Shown here: positions 19,080 through 29,330 of the stretch, piece by piece
How positions within the stretch are numbered: position 1 is the first letter of the stretch
Layout: each line of letters opens with the position of its first letter
From: Rhodoferax sp.
Lineage (GTDB): Bacteria; Pseudomonadota; Gammaproteobacteria; Burkholderiales; Burkholderiaceae_C
Length of the DNA stretch: 64,000 nucleotides
Assembly (NCBI RefSeq): GCF_028715765.1
Contig: NZ_JAQURE010000006.1
Span: 10,764 to 74,763, forward strand
Direction of reading: 5' to 3'
The notes under the pieces: generated by a model
Told to the model about the DNA's origin: nothing
The model's input: only the letters and a program-made list of their open reading frames with translations
Databases searched by the model: none
Translations under genes and position numbers: made by a program

Positions 19080-20633
19080 TTAACGGCCTGAAACCGCAAT
19101 GCCCTTGAATTCACCGGTGGCAATGCGTTGCTGCCATTCGGCTGGGCCGGTGATGTGCGCGCTGGTGCCGCCCGCATCTACCGCCACCGTGACAGGCATG
19201 TCGACCACATCAAATTCGTAAATGGCTTCCATGCCAAGGTCAGCAAAGCCCACCACTTTGGAGGTCTTGATGGCTTTGGAGACCAGATAAGCTGCGCCGC
19301 CCACCGCCATCAGATAGGCGCTTTGGTGTTTTTTGATGGCCTCAATGGCCACCGGACCACGTTCGGCCTTGCCAACCATGGCAATCAGGCCGGTTTGCGC
19401 CAGCATCATCTCGGTGAAACCATCCATGCGGGTGGCGGTGGTGGGGCCGGCGGGGCCCACCGCTTCGTCGCCCACCGGGTCAACGGGGCCGACGTAATAA
19501 ATCACGCGGTTGGTGAAGTCCACCGGCAGTGGCTCGCCCTTGGCCAGCATGTCTTTGATGCGCTTGTGGGCGGCATCGCGGCCGGTGAGCATCTTGCCGT
19601 TGAGCAGCAGGGTGTCGCCGGGTTTCCAGCTGGCCACTTCTTCTTTCGTCAAGGTGTTGAGGTTGACCCGCTTGCTCTTTTCTGTGTCGGGTGCCCATTG
19701 CACATTGGGCCAAGTGTCCAACGAAGGTGGTGTCAGGTACACCGGGCCACTGCCGTCCATCACAAAATGGGCGTGGCGGGTAGCGGCGCAGTTGGGAATC
19801 ATGGCAATGGGTTTGCTGGCAGCGTGGGTGGGGTACATGGCAATTTTCACGTCCAGCACGGTGGTCAGGCCGCCCAAGCCTTGTGCGCCAATGCCCAACG
19901 CGTTGACTTTTTCATACAGCTCCAGGCGCAATGCTTCCACTTGGGTCAGTGCCTCGCCTTTGGCAGCTTTTTCTTGCAGCTCGTACATGTTCAGGTCGTC
20001 CATCAGGCTTTGTTTGGCCAGCAACACGGCTTTTTCAGCCGTGCCGCCAATGCCAATGCCCAACATGCCCGGTGGGCACCAGCCCGCACCCATGGTCGGC
20101 ACGGTTTTCAGCACCCAGTCAACCACGCTGTCGCCGGGGTTGAGCATGTACATCTTGCTTTTGTTCTCGCTGCCGCCGCCTTTGGCTGCTACGGTGACTT
20201 CAACCGTGTTGCCGGGCACGATTTCGGTGACGATCACTGCTGGGGTGTTGTCACGCGTGTTTTTGCGGGCAAATTCAGGGTCGGCCACCACGCTGGCACG
20301 CAGGGTGTTGCCGGCCAAGGTGTAGGCACGGCGCACGCCTTCGTTGATAGCGTCATCCAGACTGCCGGTGAAATCTGTCCAGCGTACGTCCATGCCCACT
20401 TTCAAGAACACGTTGACGATGCCGGTGTCTTGGCAAATCGGGCGGTGGCCGGTGGCGCTCATTTTGCTGTTGGTCAAAATTTGGGCAATGGCGTCTTTGG
20501 CGGCCGGGCTTTGCTCGCGCTCATAAGCGCGTGCCAGGTGCGCAATGTAGTCGGCCGGGTGGTAGTAGCTGATGTATTGCAGCGCAGCGGCAATGGATTC
20601 AATCAGGTCGTTTTGGCGGATGGCGGTGCTCAT
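19080..20633 (-). CDS. fumA: Class I (Fe-S) fumarate hydratase, fused alpha/beta type
   Basis: 517 aa with PICQDTGIVNVFLKVG and the CPPG..GIGIGGT Fe-S ligand regions. The C-terminal beta domain has GPTTATRMD. Confidence 0.92.
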   Translation of the reverse strand: MSTAIRQNDLIESIAAALQYISYYHPADYIAHLARAYEREQSPAAKDAIAQILTNSKMSATGHRPICQDTGIVNVFLKVGMDVRWTDFTGSLDDAINEGVRRAYTLAGNTLRASVVADPEFARKNTRDNTPAVIVTEIVPGNTVEVTVAAKGGGSENKSKMYMLNPGDSVVDWVLKTVPTMGAGWCPPGMLGIGIGGTAEKAVLLAKQSLMDDLNMYELQEKAAKGEALTQVEALRLELYEKVNALGIGAQGLGGLTTVLDVKIAMYPTHAASKPIAMIPNCAATRHAHFVMDGSGPVYLTPPSLDTWPNVQWAPDTEKSKRVNLNTLTKEEVASWKPGDTLLLNGKMLTGRDAAHKRIKDMLAKGEPLPVDFTNRVIYYVGPVDPVGDEAVGPAGPTTATRMDGFTEMMLAQTGLIAMVGKAERGPVAIEAIKKHQSAYLMAVGGAAYLVSKAIKTSKVVGFADLGMEAIYEFDVVDMPVTVAVDAGGTSAHITGPAEWQQRIATGEFKGIAVSGR

Positions 20634-20733
20634 GGTCGGTGTTGCCTTAAGGGTGTTGAGGTTTCAAGTGTCACGCTAATATGGCAGTTTAACCAAGCCC
20701 CCCAACACGGGCTGACGCACCTGCCTTCAGCAC

Positions 20734-21915
20734 ATGATCAAAAAACTGCTCTCCAATGTCACCCCTTTCATCAACAGCCAAACCCTGGGTGGTGTGATGT
20801 TGGCCGTTGCGGCCATGCTGGCTTTGCTGCTGAGCAACTCGGCCTGGCGCGGGGGGTATGAGCAGTTGCTGCAGTTCCCGGTGGCGTTGCGTTTTGGGGT
20901 GGACGCCTTGGTGTTGGCCAAGCCCATGCTGATTTGGATCAACGACCTGTGGATGGCGGTGTTTTTCTTTTTGGTGGGGCTGGAAATCAAACGGGAATTG
21001 ATCGACGGCGAGCTGGCCTCATTTCGCCAAGTGCTGTTGCCTGCGGTTGCCGCGCTGGGTGGCATGGTGGTGCCGGCGCTGATTTTTGCGACCATCAACA
21101 GTGCCGACCCAGTGGCCTTGCAGGGCTGGGGTATTCCAATGGCCACCGACATTGCATTTGCTTTGGGTATTTTGGTGTTGCTGGGCAGCCGCGTGCCGGT
21201 GTCGTTGAAGATTTTTTTGACAGCGGTGGCCATCATTGACGACCTGGGTGCCATTTTGGTCATCGCTTTCTTTTACACCGCCAATTTGTCGTTGCCCATG
21301 TTGCTGGCGGGCGCTGCCGGTGTGGGGGTGTTGTTCACGTTGAACCGTTGGCGTGTGGTCGCCATTGGCCCCTATGTGGTGGTGGGGCTGGTGATTTGGG
21401 TATGTGTGCTCAAGTCGGGCATCCATGCCACGCTGGCCGGGGTGATCACAGCGCTGGCGATTCCCATGACCGATGGCAAGGGCGGCTCGCCCCTGCAAAC
21501 GGCCGAGCACGCTTTGCACCCTTGGGTGGCCTACCTGGTGTTGCCGGTGTTTGCCTTTGCCAATGCTGGTGTTTATTTGGGCGACGCGACACTGGGCAGC
21601 TTGCTGAAAAGCGTGCCGCTGGGCATTGCTGCGGGCTTGTTGCTCGGCAAGCCATTGGGCGTGCTGGGCGCCGCCTGGGTGATGATTCGGTTTGGCGGCA
21701 GTCAATTGCCTGAGGGGTGCAGCTGGCTGCAGTTTGCCGCAGTGGCGGTATTGTGTGGGGTTGGCTTTACCATGAGCCTGTTCATTGGTTCACTGGCCTT
21801 TGAGGGCGCTGGCGCGGCTTACGCAGCGCAGGTCAAGATAGGTGTGTTGCTGGGGTCTGTGGCCAGCGCAACGCTGGCCGTGCTGCTGTTTGTGCGCAGC
21901 ACGCCAGCGCGTTAA
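20734..21915 (+). CDS. nhaA: Na+/H+ antiporter NhaA
   Basis: 393 aa polytopic membrane protein with GWGIPMATDIAFALG and AIIDDLGAILVIAFFY (the NhaA DD motif). Confidence 0.92.
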   Translation: MIKKLLSNVTPFINSQTLGGVMLAVAAMLALLLSNSAWRGGYEQLLQFPVALRFGVDALVLAKPMLIWINDLWMAVFFFLVGLEIKRELIDGELASFRQVLLPAVAALGGMVVPALIFATINSADPVALQGWGIPMATDIAFALGILVLLGSRVPVSLKIFLTAVAIIDDLGAILVIAFFYTANLSLPMLLAGAAGVGVLFTLNRWRVVAIGPYVVVGLVIWVCVLKSGIHATLAGVITALAIPMTDGKGGSPLQTAEHALHPWVAYLVLPVFAFANAGVYLGDATLGSLLKSVPLGIAAGLLLGKPLGVLGAAWVMIRFGGSQLPEGCSWLQFAAVAVLCGVGFTMSLFIGSLAFEGAGAAYAAQVKIGVLLGSVASATLAVLLFVRSTPAR

Positions 21916-21917
21916 TT

Positions 21918-22517
21918 TCAGTGTGACTTGGCGCTAGCGTGGCTCATCAGCCGGTCGGTGTAGGCAATCGCCATGGCCGAGAGCAAAAACGCAATATGGA
22001 TGCCGGTTTGGGCAATCAGCACCTTGTCGCTGTAGTTGTCGGCATTGATGAAGGTCTTGAGCAGGTGAATCGAGCTGATGCCGATGATGGACATGGCCAG
22101 CTTGACCTTGAGCGTGGAGGCATTCACGTGGTCGAGCCATTCGGGCTGATCGGGATGGCCTTCCAGGTTGATGCGGCTCACAAAGGTTTCATACCCGCCC
22201 ACAATCACCATGATCAGCAGGTTCGAGATCATCACCACGTCAATCAGTGCCAGCACCACCAGCATGATGATGGTTTCATTCAGGTGGGTCACTGGCTCAC
22301 TGGTTTTGTAGCCAATGCCGTCGATCAATGCGGCCAGCGCCGTCTGGCTGCCAAAAGCGGCTTCAAGCAGGTGCACCAGTTCCACCCAAAAGTGAAATAC
22401 ATACACGCATTGCGCGGCAATCAGACCCAGGTACAAAGGCAATTGCAACCAGCGGCTGGCAAAAATCAAGCGTGGAATCGGGCGCATGGCCAGTGGTTTG
22501 GTGTGGTGTTCAGACAT
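21918..22517 (-). CDS. UPF0114 / YqhA-family inner membrane protein
   Basis: 199 aa with a YqhA-like N-terminal block (FASRWLQLPLYLGLI) and four predicted transmembrane segments. Confidence 0.7.
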   Translation of the reverse strand: MSEHHTKPLAMRPIPRLIFASRWLQLPLYLGLIAAQCVYVFHFWVELVHLLEAAFGSQTALAALIDGIGYKTSEPVTHLNETIIMLVVLALIDVVMISNLLIMVIVGGYETFVSRINLEGHPDQPEWLDHVNASTLKVKLAMSIIGISSIHLLKTFINADNYSDKVLIAQTGIHIAFLLSAMAIAYTDRLMSHASAKSH

Positions 22518-22660
22518 GAAGCAATGTATTTTTAAAAATTCAGAAAGTTAAGAAAAGCCATTTTACCGAGGCGCGTGTCAGTCGGGTGACAGTCAGTAGC
22601 ATGTAAGTGCCACGCATGACATTACCGGGCGAACTTTGTTTATCTAGAGGAGACTTATCT

Positions 22661-24658
22661 GTGACTACACCTAAAACTGCTGTTGAATCCACATTGGTTG
22701 AAAACCGCGTATTCCCACCCAGCGAGGCCACCGTCAAGGCGGCGCGCATTCAGGGCATGGAAGGCTACAACGCCTTGTGCGCTGAAGCTGAAAAAGATTT
22801 TGAGGGCTTTTGGGCTCGTTTGGCACGTGAAAACGTGGTTTGGAACAAGCCTTTTACCCAAACCCTTGACGAGTCCAATGCACCGTTTTACAAATGGTTC
22901 CAAGACGGCGAGCTCAATGCTTCTGCCAACTGCCTAGACAAGCACATTGGCACCCCCAATGAAAACAAGGTGGCTGTGATTTTTGAAGCCGATGGCGGCG
23001 AAGTCACCAAAACCACTTACAAAGAACTCTTGGCCAAGGTCAGCCAATTTGCCAACGCGCTCAAAGCCCGTGGCATCAACAAAGGCGACCGCGTGCTGGT
23101 CTACATGCCCATGGGTCTGGAAGGCGTGGTCGCCATGCAAGCCTGTGCCCGCATTGGCGCGACCCACAGCGTGGTGTTTGGTGGCTTCTCGGCCAAGGCA
23201 CTGCAAGAGCGCATCATTGACGCAGGCGCTGTGGCCGTGGTCACCGCCAACTACCAATTGCGCGGCGGCAAAGAATTGCCCCTCAAAGGCATTGTGGACG
23301 AAGGTCTGGGCCTGGGCGGTTGCGAGTCCATCAAAACCGTGTTTGTGTTTGAGCGCACCCCGTCCAAGTGCAACATGGTCGCTGGCCGCGACATTACCTT
23401 CACCGAAGCGCTGGCCGGTCAAAGCACCGAATGCGCACCCGTGATGGTGGGCGCAGAGCACCCGTTGTTCATCTTGTTTACCTCAGGTTCCACTGGCAAA
23501 CCCAAGGGCGTGCAGCACTCCACTGGCGGCTTCTTGCTGTGGGCCAAGCTGACCATGGACTGGACGTTTGACCTGAAGCAAGATGACGTGTTCTGGTGCA
23601 CGGCCGACATCGGCTGGATCACCGGCCACGCCTACGTGGCTTACGGCCCATTGGCTGCAGGTGCCACCCAAATCATTTTTGAAGGCATCCCCACCTACCC
23701 CAACGCCGGTCGCTTCTGGCAGATGATTGAGCGCCACAAGTGCTCCATTTTCTACACCGCACCCACTGCCATTCGCTCACTGATCAAGTCGGCTGAGTCT
23801 GACGAAAAAGTGCATCCAGACCGCTCTGACCTGACCAGCCTGCGCATCTTGGGCTCGGTGGGTGAACCCATCAACCCCGAAGCCTGGATGTGGTACTACA
23901 AAAACATTGGCCATGAAAAATGCCCGATTGTGGACACCTTCTGGCAAACGGAAACCGGTGGTCACATGATCACCCCGTTGCCTGGCGCTACCCCATTGGT
24001 TCCTGGCAGCTGCACCTTGCCACTGCCCGGCATCATGGCCGCCATCGTCGACGAAGTGGGCGCTGATGTGCCCAATGGTTCAGGCGGCATGCTGGTCATC
24101 AAACGCCCCTGGCCGTCGATGATTCGCACCATCTGGAACGACCCAGAGCGCTTCAAGAGCGGCTATTTCCCGGCAGAAATGGGCGGCACTTATTACCTGG
24201 CTGGTGACGGCGCGGTGCGCAGTGCTGACCGAGGCTATTTCCGCATCACCGGCCGGATTGACGACGTGTTGAACGTGTCGGGTCACCGCATGGGCACCAT
24301 GGAAATTGAATCGGCTTTGGTCGCCAAGACCGACCTGGTGGCTGAAGCTGCTGTGGTGGGTCGCCCAGATGACCTCACCGGTGAAGCCATTTGCGCCTTT
24401 GTGGTGTTGAAACGCGGCGTGCCTACCGGCGACGAAGCTAAGCAAATTGCCAAAGAGCTGCGCGACTGGGTGGCCAAAGAGATTGGCCCGATTGCCAAGC
24501 CCAAAGACATCCGCTTTGGTGAAAACTTGCCCAAGACCCGTTCTGGCAAGATCATGCGCCGCTTGCTGCGCTCGCTGGCCAAGGGTGAAACCATCACCCA
24601 AGACACCTCCACGCTGGAAAACCCAGCCATCTTGGGACAGTTGGGTCAAACCTACTGA
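22661..24658 (+). CDS. acs: Acetyl-CoA synthetase (AMP-forming)
   Basis: GTG start at 22661, preceded by AGAGGAGA. Has [19 protein letters not shown] and the [11 protein letters not shown] acetylation-site lysine motif. The track ORF start at 22607 lacks an RBS. Confidence 0.93.
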   Translation: MTTPKTAVESTLVENRVFPPSEATVKAARIQGMEGYNALCAEAEKDFEGFWARLARENVVWNKPFTQTLDESNAPFYKWFQDGELNASANCLDKHIGTPNENKVAVIFEADGGEVTKTTYKELLAKVSQFANALKARGINKGDRVLVYMPMGLEGVVAMQACARIGATHSVVFGGFSAKALQERIIDAGAVAVVTANYQLRGGKELPLKGIVDEGLGLGGCESIKTVFVFERTPSKCNMVAGRDITFTEALAGQSTECAPVMVGAEHPLFILFTSGSTGKPKGVQHSTGGFLLWAKLTMDWTFDLKQDDVFWCTADIGWITGHAYVAYGPLAAGATQIIFEGIPTYPNAGRFWQMIERHKCSIFYTAPTAIRSLIKSAESDEKVHPDRSDLTSLRILGSVGEPINPEAWMWYYKNIGHEKCPIVDTFWQTETGGHMITPLPGATPLVPGSCTLPLPGIMAAIVDEVGADVPNGSGGMLVIKRPWPSMIRTIWNDPERFKSGYFPAEMGGTYYLAGDGAVRSADRGYFRITGRIDDVLNVSGHRMGTMEIESALVAKTDLVAEAAVVGRPDDLTGEAICAFVVLKRGVPTGDEAKQIAKELRDWVAKEIGPIAKPKDIRFGENLPKTRSGKIMRRLLRSLAKGETITQDTSTLENPAILGQLGQTY

Positions 24659-24668
24659 TGCTATTGTA

Positions 24669-24713
24669 AGTAGAGCTACTAGCGCTTGATTCATAAGCGC
24701 TAGAGCCCTATTT
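24669..24713. repeat. REP-like palindromic element, copy A
   Basis: AGTAGAGCTACTAGCGCTTGATTCATAAGCGCTAGAGCCCTATTT, with core palindrome TAGCGCTT-N7-AAGCGCTA. Lies between convergent acs and the cytochrome c gene. Confidence 0.8.
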
Positions 24714-24720
24714 GGTATAT

Positions 24721-24749
24721 AAAAAAAGCCCGCTGTTGCGGGCTTTTTT
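24721..24749. terminator. Bidirectional rho-independent terminator (acs / cytochrome c)
   Basis: AAAAAAAGCCCGC-TGTT-GCGGGCTTTTTT. Confidence 0.75.
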
Positions 24750-24772
24750 GTGGGTGCCTGAAAAGGGCGGCG

Positions 24773-25078
24773 CTACTTCAGCGACAAAATCCACTTCACC
24801 AGCGTTTGCGCTTCGGCTGGACTGACTTGGGGGTTGGCGGGCATAGGGATGACGCCCCACGCACCCTTGCCCCCTTTGATCACTTTGTCGGCCAGCATGG
24901 CAGTGGCGGCGTCTTGCCCCGCGTATTTTTTGGCAACATCTTTATAAGCTGGCCCCACCACTTTTTTCTCAACCGTGTGGCAAGCCATGCAGTTTTTCTT
25001 TTGCGCCAGGGCAGTGTCTGCCAGCGCAGGGGCGCTGACCAAGGCACAGACAAGCATGGGTAAAAGGGGCAGTTTCAT
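24773..25078 (-). CDS. Periplasmic class I c-type cytochrome (c551/c552-like)
   Basis: Start at MKLPLLPMLVCALVSAPALA (signal peptide). It has a single CMACH haem motif and a distal Met (PMPAN). 101 aa. Confidence 0.8.
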   Translation of the reverse strand: MKLPLLPMLVCALVSAPALADTALAQKKNCMACHTVEKKVVGPAYKDVAKKYAGQDAATAMLADKVIKGGKGAWGVIPMPANPQVSPAEAQTLVKWILSLK

Positions 25079-25187
25079 GGTGGGTTGTCCTTGAAAAGTG
25101 GGGTAGAGTTGTTGGTGACTGATTGTAGGTAATGCGGTTTTTGGAGTGTCTTGCTTCACTGTGTGATTTTGGTTCGAAAGGTTGGCG

Positions 25188-25427
25188 ATGTATTTCTTAG
25201 GTTTAGGCGTGATGTTGCTGGTGCTCAAAGTGCTGGCTTGGGAGCCGGTGGCAAGCTTGTCTTGGTGGTGGGTGGCACTGCCTTACGTGATGGCAGTAGC
25301 CTGGTGGGCGTGGGCGGACAGCTCCGGCTACACCAAGCGCAAGGCCATGGATCGTGAAAACCAAAAACGCGATGCCCGCCGTGAGCGCACCAAAGAAGCG
25401 CTGGGCACCATCAACCGCCGCCGCTAA
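25188..25427 (+). CDS. Small Trp-rich membrane protein (TIGR04438-like)
   Basis: MYFLGLGVMLLVLKVL...SWWWVALP...AWWAWADSSGYTKRKAMDRE..., followed by a basic C-terminal tail. ATG at 25188. Confidence 0.7.
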   Translation: MYFLGLGVMLLVLKVLAWEPVASLSWWWVALPYVMAVAWWAWADSSGYTKRKAMDRENQKRDARRERTKEALGTINRRR

Positions 25428-25467
25428 GTCAATGTACTGTGGTGAGTTGAGTTGAGGGTTTAACCCG

Positions 25468-25593
25468 GCTGGGCGACTGGGTCAGAGGCGTGCGGTTTTG
25501 GGGTGAAAGCACGCGCGGGGCTGACGGTTCAGTGTGCTGAAACCTTCTTCGCGCGCATTTCACCCCAAAGCCCGGTCCCCTGACCCAGCCGCC
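25468..25593. other. Long imperfect hairpin (~45-nt arms) in the 293-bp region upstream of ilvD
   Basis: The left arm GGCTGGGCGACTGGGTCAGAGGCGTGCGGTTTTGGGGTGAAAGCACGCGCG pairs with the right arm CGCGCGCATTTCACCCCAAAGCCCGGTCCCCTGACCCAGCC. Arm matching was done by eye. Confidence 0.5.
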
Positions 25594-25720
25594 GCGCCGT
25601 GTCAGAGTCACCACAACAGCAGCCAAGTCACTACCCACTTGCAGCGCATCTCAGCAGACACCTGCGCCATAATTCAGCACACTTTTTTCGCTTTCCACCC
25701 TTAACCCAAGCTCACTGACC

Positions 25721-27556
25721 ATGCCCATTTACCGCTCCAAAACCACCACTGCTGGCCGCAACATGGCAGGTGCCCGTTCGCTCTGGCGTGCCACCGGCAT
25801 GAAAGATGGCGACTTTGACAAACCCATCATCGCCGTGGTCAATTCGTTCACCCAGTTTGTGCCCGGCCATGTGCACCTGAAAGACCTGGGGCAACTGGTG
25901 GCGCGCGAGATTGAAGCCGCTGGTGGCGTGGCCAAAGAATTCAACACCATTGCGGTGGACGACGGCATTGCCATGGGGCACGACGGCATGCTCTACAGCC
26001 TGCCCAGCCGCGACATCATTGCCGACAGCGTGGAATACATGGTCAACGCGCACTGTGCTGATGCCATGGTGTGCATCAGCAACTGCGACAAGATCACCCC
26101 CGGCATGCTGATGGCCGCCATGCGGCTGAATATTCCAGTGGTGTTTGTCTCGGGTGGCCCCATGGAAGCGGGCAAAACCAAACTCAGCGTGTTCAAGCTT
26201 GACTTGGTCGATGCCATGGTGATGGCCGCTGACGACAAAGTGTCTGATGCGGATGTGGCTGAAGTCGAGCGCAGTGCCTGCCCCACTTGCGGTTCGTGCT
26301 CTGGCATGTTCACCGCCAATTCCATGAACTGCCTGACCGAAGCGCTGGGCTTGTCCCTGCCGGGCAACGGCACGGTGGTGGCCACCCATGCCGACCGCGA
26401 ACAACTGTTCAAACGCGCCGGGCATTTGATTGTGGACTTGTGCAAGCGCTATTACGAGCAAGCCGATGCCACGGTGCTGCCACGCGCCATCGGCTTCAAG
26501 GCTTTTGAGAACGCCATCACGCTCGACATTGCCATGGGCGGCTCGACCAACACCATCTTGCACATTCTGGCGGTGGCGCAAGAGGCGGGCATTGACTTCA
26601 CCATGGCCGACATTGATCGCGTTTCGCGCAGCGTGCCGCAGCTCTGCAAAGTGGCCCCCAACACGCCGAAATACCACTTGGAAGACGTGCACCGTGCCGG
26701 CGGCATCATGGCCATTTTGGGTGAGCTGGACCGCGCAGGCAAGCTGCATACCGACGTGCCCACGGTGCACGCCAAAACCCTCAAAGACGCGCTGGACGTG
26801 TGGGACATTGCCCGCAACCCCAGTGCTGAGGTGCAAACTTTTTACCGCGCCGGTCCTGCGGGTGTGCCGTCGCAAGTGGCGTTCAGCCAAAAAGCGCGCT
26901 GGCCAAGTTTGGATGTGGATCGGGCCGAGGGTTGCATCCGCTCGGGCACACATGCCTACTCGCAAGAAGGTGGCCTGGCCGTGCTGGTGGGCAACATTGC
27001 GCTCAACGGCTGTGTGGTCAAGACCGCAGGCGTGGATGAATCGCTGCTGGTGTTTGAGGGGCCAGCCTACGTGACCGAGTCGCAAGACGAAGCGGTGGCC
27101 GACATTTTGGGCGACAAGGTCAAGGCCGGTGACGTGGTCATCGTGCGCTACGAAGGCCCCAAAGGTGGCCCTGGCATGCAAGAGATGCTTTACCCCACCA
27201 GCTACATCAAGTCCAAAGGCCTGGGCAAAGCCTGTGCGCTGCTTACCGACGGGCGTTTTTCGGGCGGCACTTCGGGCTTGTCGATTGGTCACGCTTCGCC
27301 AGAAGCGGCCGGTGGTGGCGCGATTGGTTTGATTCGCCAGGGCGACCGCATCCGCATTGATATTCCCAACCGCTCCATCAACGTGCTGGTGTCGGATGAT
27401 GAGTTGGCGCGCCGCCGTACCGAGCAAGATGCACTGGGCTGGAAGCCTGCCAAACCGCGCCCGCGCAAGGTCTCTAGCGCCCTCAAGGCCTATGCCAAGC
27501 TGGTGATGTCAGCTGACAAGGGTGCCGTGCGCGACGTGTCTTTGTTGGAAGACTGA
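25721..27556 (+). CDS. ilvD: Dihydroxy-acid dehydratase
   Basis: 611 aa with the [27 protein letters not shown]-terminus and CDKITPGM and [18 protein letters not shown] Fe-S motifs. Confidence 0.96.
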   Translation: MPIYRSKTTTAGRNMAGARSLWRATGMKDGDFDKPIIAVVNSFTQFVPGHVHLKDLGQLVAREIEAAGGVAKEFNTIAVDDGIAMGHDGMLYSLPSRDIIADSVEYMVNAHCADAMVCISNCDKITPGMLMAAMRLNIPVVFVSGGPMEAGKTKLSVFKLDLVDAMVMAADDKVSDADVAEVERSACPTCGSCSGMFTANSMNCLTEALGLSLPGNGTVVATHADREQLFKRAGHLIVDLCKRYYEQADATVLPRAIGFKAFENAITLDIAMGGSTNTILHILAVAQEAGIDFTMADIDRVSRSVPQLCKVAPNTPKYHLEDVHRAGGIMAILGELDRAGKLHTDVPTVHAKTLKDALDVWDIARNPSAEVQTFYRAGPAGVPSQVAFSQKARWPSLDVDRAEGCIRSGTHAYSQEGGLAVLVGNIALNGCVVKTAGVDESLLVFEGPAYVTESQDEAVADILGDKVKAGDVVIVRYEGPKGGPGMQEMLYPTSYIKSKGLGKACALLTDGRFSGGTSGLSIGHASPEAAGGGAIGLIRQGDRIRIDIPNRSINVLVSDDELARRRTEQDALGWKPAKPRPRKVSSALKAYAKLVMSADKGAVRDVSLLED

Positions 27557-28371
27557 TGCTGCTGCACCCAGACATCAACCCAGTGGCGCTGCAACTGGGG
27601 CCGCTTGCCGTGCATTGGTACGGGCTGACTTATCTGGCAGCTTTTGGGTTGTTCATGTGGCTGGGCAACTTGCGCCTGCGCCACCAACCCTTTGCTTCAA
27701 TGACCGGCGCGCAGGCCTGGAGCCGCAAAGACGTGGAAGACATTTTGTTTTTGGGGGTGATGGGGGTGATCTTGGGCGGGCGCCTGGGCTACTGCCTGTT
27801 TTACAAACCTGGCTACTACGCGGCGCACCCTTTGGAAGTGTTTGCAGTGTGGCAAGGTGGCATGAGTTTTCATGGTGGCTTGCTGGGCGTGGTGGTGGCT
27901 GAGATGTGGTTTGCCTGGTCGCGCAAGCGCCCGCTGCTGCAAGTGGCTGACTTTGTGGCGCCCTGCGTGCCCACCGGTTTGGCCATGGGGCGGTTGGGCA
28001 ACTTCATCAACGGCGAACTGTGGGGCAGGGTGGCCAGTCCGGATTTGCCCTGGGGCATGGTGTTTCGGGGGGCGGGAGACTTGCCGCGCCACCCGTCGCA
28101 GATTTACCAGTTTTTGCTGGAGGGCTTGCTGCTGTTTGTGATCTTGTGGCTCTATGCCCGCAAGCCGCGTGCGCCCGGGCAGGTGGCTGCAGTGTTTGTG
28201 CTGGGCTACGGTGTCTTCAGGTTTACCGCTGAATTTTTCCGTGAACCCGATGCCCATTTGGGGCTGCTGCAGTTGGGCATGAGCATGGGGCAATGGCTGT
28301 GTGTGCCGATGATTGTGGGCGGCGCTGCCCTGTGGCTGTGGGCGCGTGCGCGCCAGCCCCTTGGGGCTTGA
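27556..28371 (+). CDS. lgt: Prolipoprotein diacylglyceryl transferase
   Basis: 271 aa with HWYGLTYL, the GGRLGY.. region, and the [14 protein letters not shown] signature. Its ATG overlaps the ilvD TGA by 1 nt. Confidence 0.93.
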   Translation: MLLHPDINPVALQLGPLAVHWYGLTYLAAFGLFMWLGNLRLRHQPFASMTGAQAWSRKDVEDILFLGVMGVILGGRLGYCLFYKPGYYAAHPLEVFAVWQGGMSFHGGLLGVVVAEMWFAWSRKRPLLQVADFVAPCVPTGLAMGRLGNFINGELWGRVASPDLPWGMVFRGAGDLPRHPSQIYQFLLEGLLLFVILWLYARKPRAPGQVAAVFVLGYGVFRFTAEFFREPDAHLGLLQLGMSMGQWLCVPMIVGGAALWLWARARQPLGA

Positions 28372-28436
28372 GGGTGCCAAGCCAGGCGCATAGCTTGACA
28401 GCCATGACGCGCTGAGTTGTTGACTTTTTACATAAC

Positions 28437-28480
28437 AAAATAGGCTCTAGCGCTTATAGAATAAGCGCAAGCAGCTATTT
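28437..28480. repeat. REP-like palindromic element, copy B
   Basis: AAAATAGGCTCTAGCGCTTATAGAATAAGCGCAAGCAGCTATTT, located downstream of lgt. Confidence 0.8.
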
Positions 28481-28509
28481 AAAATATAGCTATTGACAAA
28501 ATTTTTCTG

Positions 28510-29328
28510 ATGTCACCATCGATTCAATACACGCAACACGACGGCCTGGCGCGGGTTACTTTGCATTACCCCAAACGCTTCAACGCCATGAACCGCGTCA
28601 TGTGGCGACAACTGCGAGACGTGTTTGAGCGCATTCAAACCAGCCCAGATGTGCGTTGTGTGCTGGTCTCCGGTACGGGTGCACACTTTTGTGCCGGGGG
28701 CGATATTTCTGAGTACGCCAGTTTTCGCTTTGAAGAGGCCAGCTTGCGCGAGTTTCATGAGCAAGATGTGTGGGGTGCGTTGAGCGCCATGCTGGCTTGC
28801 GACGTGCCGATGGTGGCGCAAATTGCGGGCAACTGCATGGGCGCTGGGGTTGAGTTGGCCAGCTGTTGCGACATTCGCCTGAGTGCCGAGTCGGCCCAGT
28901 TTGGCGCGCCCATAGCCAAGCTGGGTTTCCCGATGGCGCCGCGTGAGGCCGCGCTGGTGTCGCAGCAGGTGGGTGAGCTCACAGCGCGGCACATGCTGCT
29001 GGAAGCCGCAGTGTTTGGCGCGCCTGAAATGCTGCAACGCGGTTTCTTGAGCCGGGTGGTGGCAGACGCCGACTTGCCCGCCGTGGCGCAGGCCAGCGTG
29101 CAGCGCATCTTGAGCCTGGCACCCCAGGCGGCGCGCCTGAACAAGCAGACATTTAGAGCATTAAATAGGCCTCTAGCGCTTATCAATAAAGCGCAAGCTG
29201 CTACACAAAATGAATCAACTGATGAGCCGTTGGCCACGCTGCTGGCTGGCGCTTATGCCTATGCGCAGGGCGCCGAGCAGCGTGAAGGCATCACTGCATT
29301 TCTGGAAAAACGTGCCCCCAAATTTTGA
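28510..29328 (+). CDS. Enoyl-CoA hydratase/isomerase (crotonase) superfamily protein
   Basis: 272 aa with FCAGGDI and the G.C.GAGVELA oxyanion-hole regions, plus C-terminal EGITAFLEKRAPKF. It contains an in-frame REP-like element near the 3' end. Confidence 0.85.
   Translation: MSPSIQYTQHDGLARVTLHYPKRFNAMNRVMWRQLRDVFERIQTSPDVRCVLVSGTGAHFCAGGDISEYASFRFEEASLREFHEQDVWGALSAMLACDVPMVAQIAGNCMGAGVELASCCDIRLSAESAQFGAPIAKLGFPMAPREAALVSQQVGELTARHMLLEAAVFGAPEMLQRGFLSRVVADADLPAVAQASVQRILSLAPQAARLNKQTFRALNRPLALINKAQAATQNESTDEPLATLLAGAYAYAQGAEQREGITAFLEKRAPKF
29163..29205. repeat. REP-like palindromic element, copy C, located inside the crotonase CDS
   Basis: AAATAGGCCTCTAGCGCTTATCAATAAAGCGCAAGCTGCTACA. 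By eye it matches copy B at about 42 of 49 aligned positions. Confidence 0.75.
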
Positions 29329-29330
29329 TC

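Noticed and set aside
19128-20861. 577-aa ORF on the plus strand opposite fumA.
   Set aside because: It is entirely antisense to a well-supported class I fumarase gene. Its composition (H/G/A/V/R-rich, low complexity) is typical of shadow ORFs in GC-rich DNA. It has no motif or RBS and would also run into nhaA.
25429-25638. 69-aa minus-strand ORF within the ilvD upstream hairpin, and the 82-aa plus-strand ORF at 13860-14108 across the dapC-dapD inverted repeat.
   Set aside because: Both are created by the palindromic sequences themselves. They have no RBS, have a Pro/Arg/Gly-rich composition, and in the second case overlap the dapC 3' end.
25712-27427. 571-aa ORF on the minus strand opposite ilvD.
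   Set aside because: It is a mirror-frame shadow of the highly conserved ilvD, with a H/G/A/R-rich sequence that resembles no known family.
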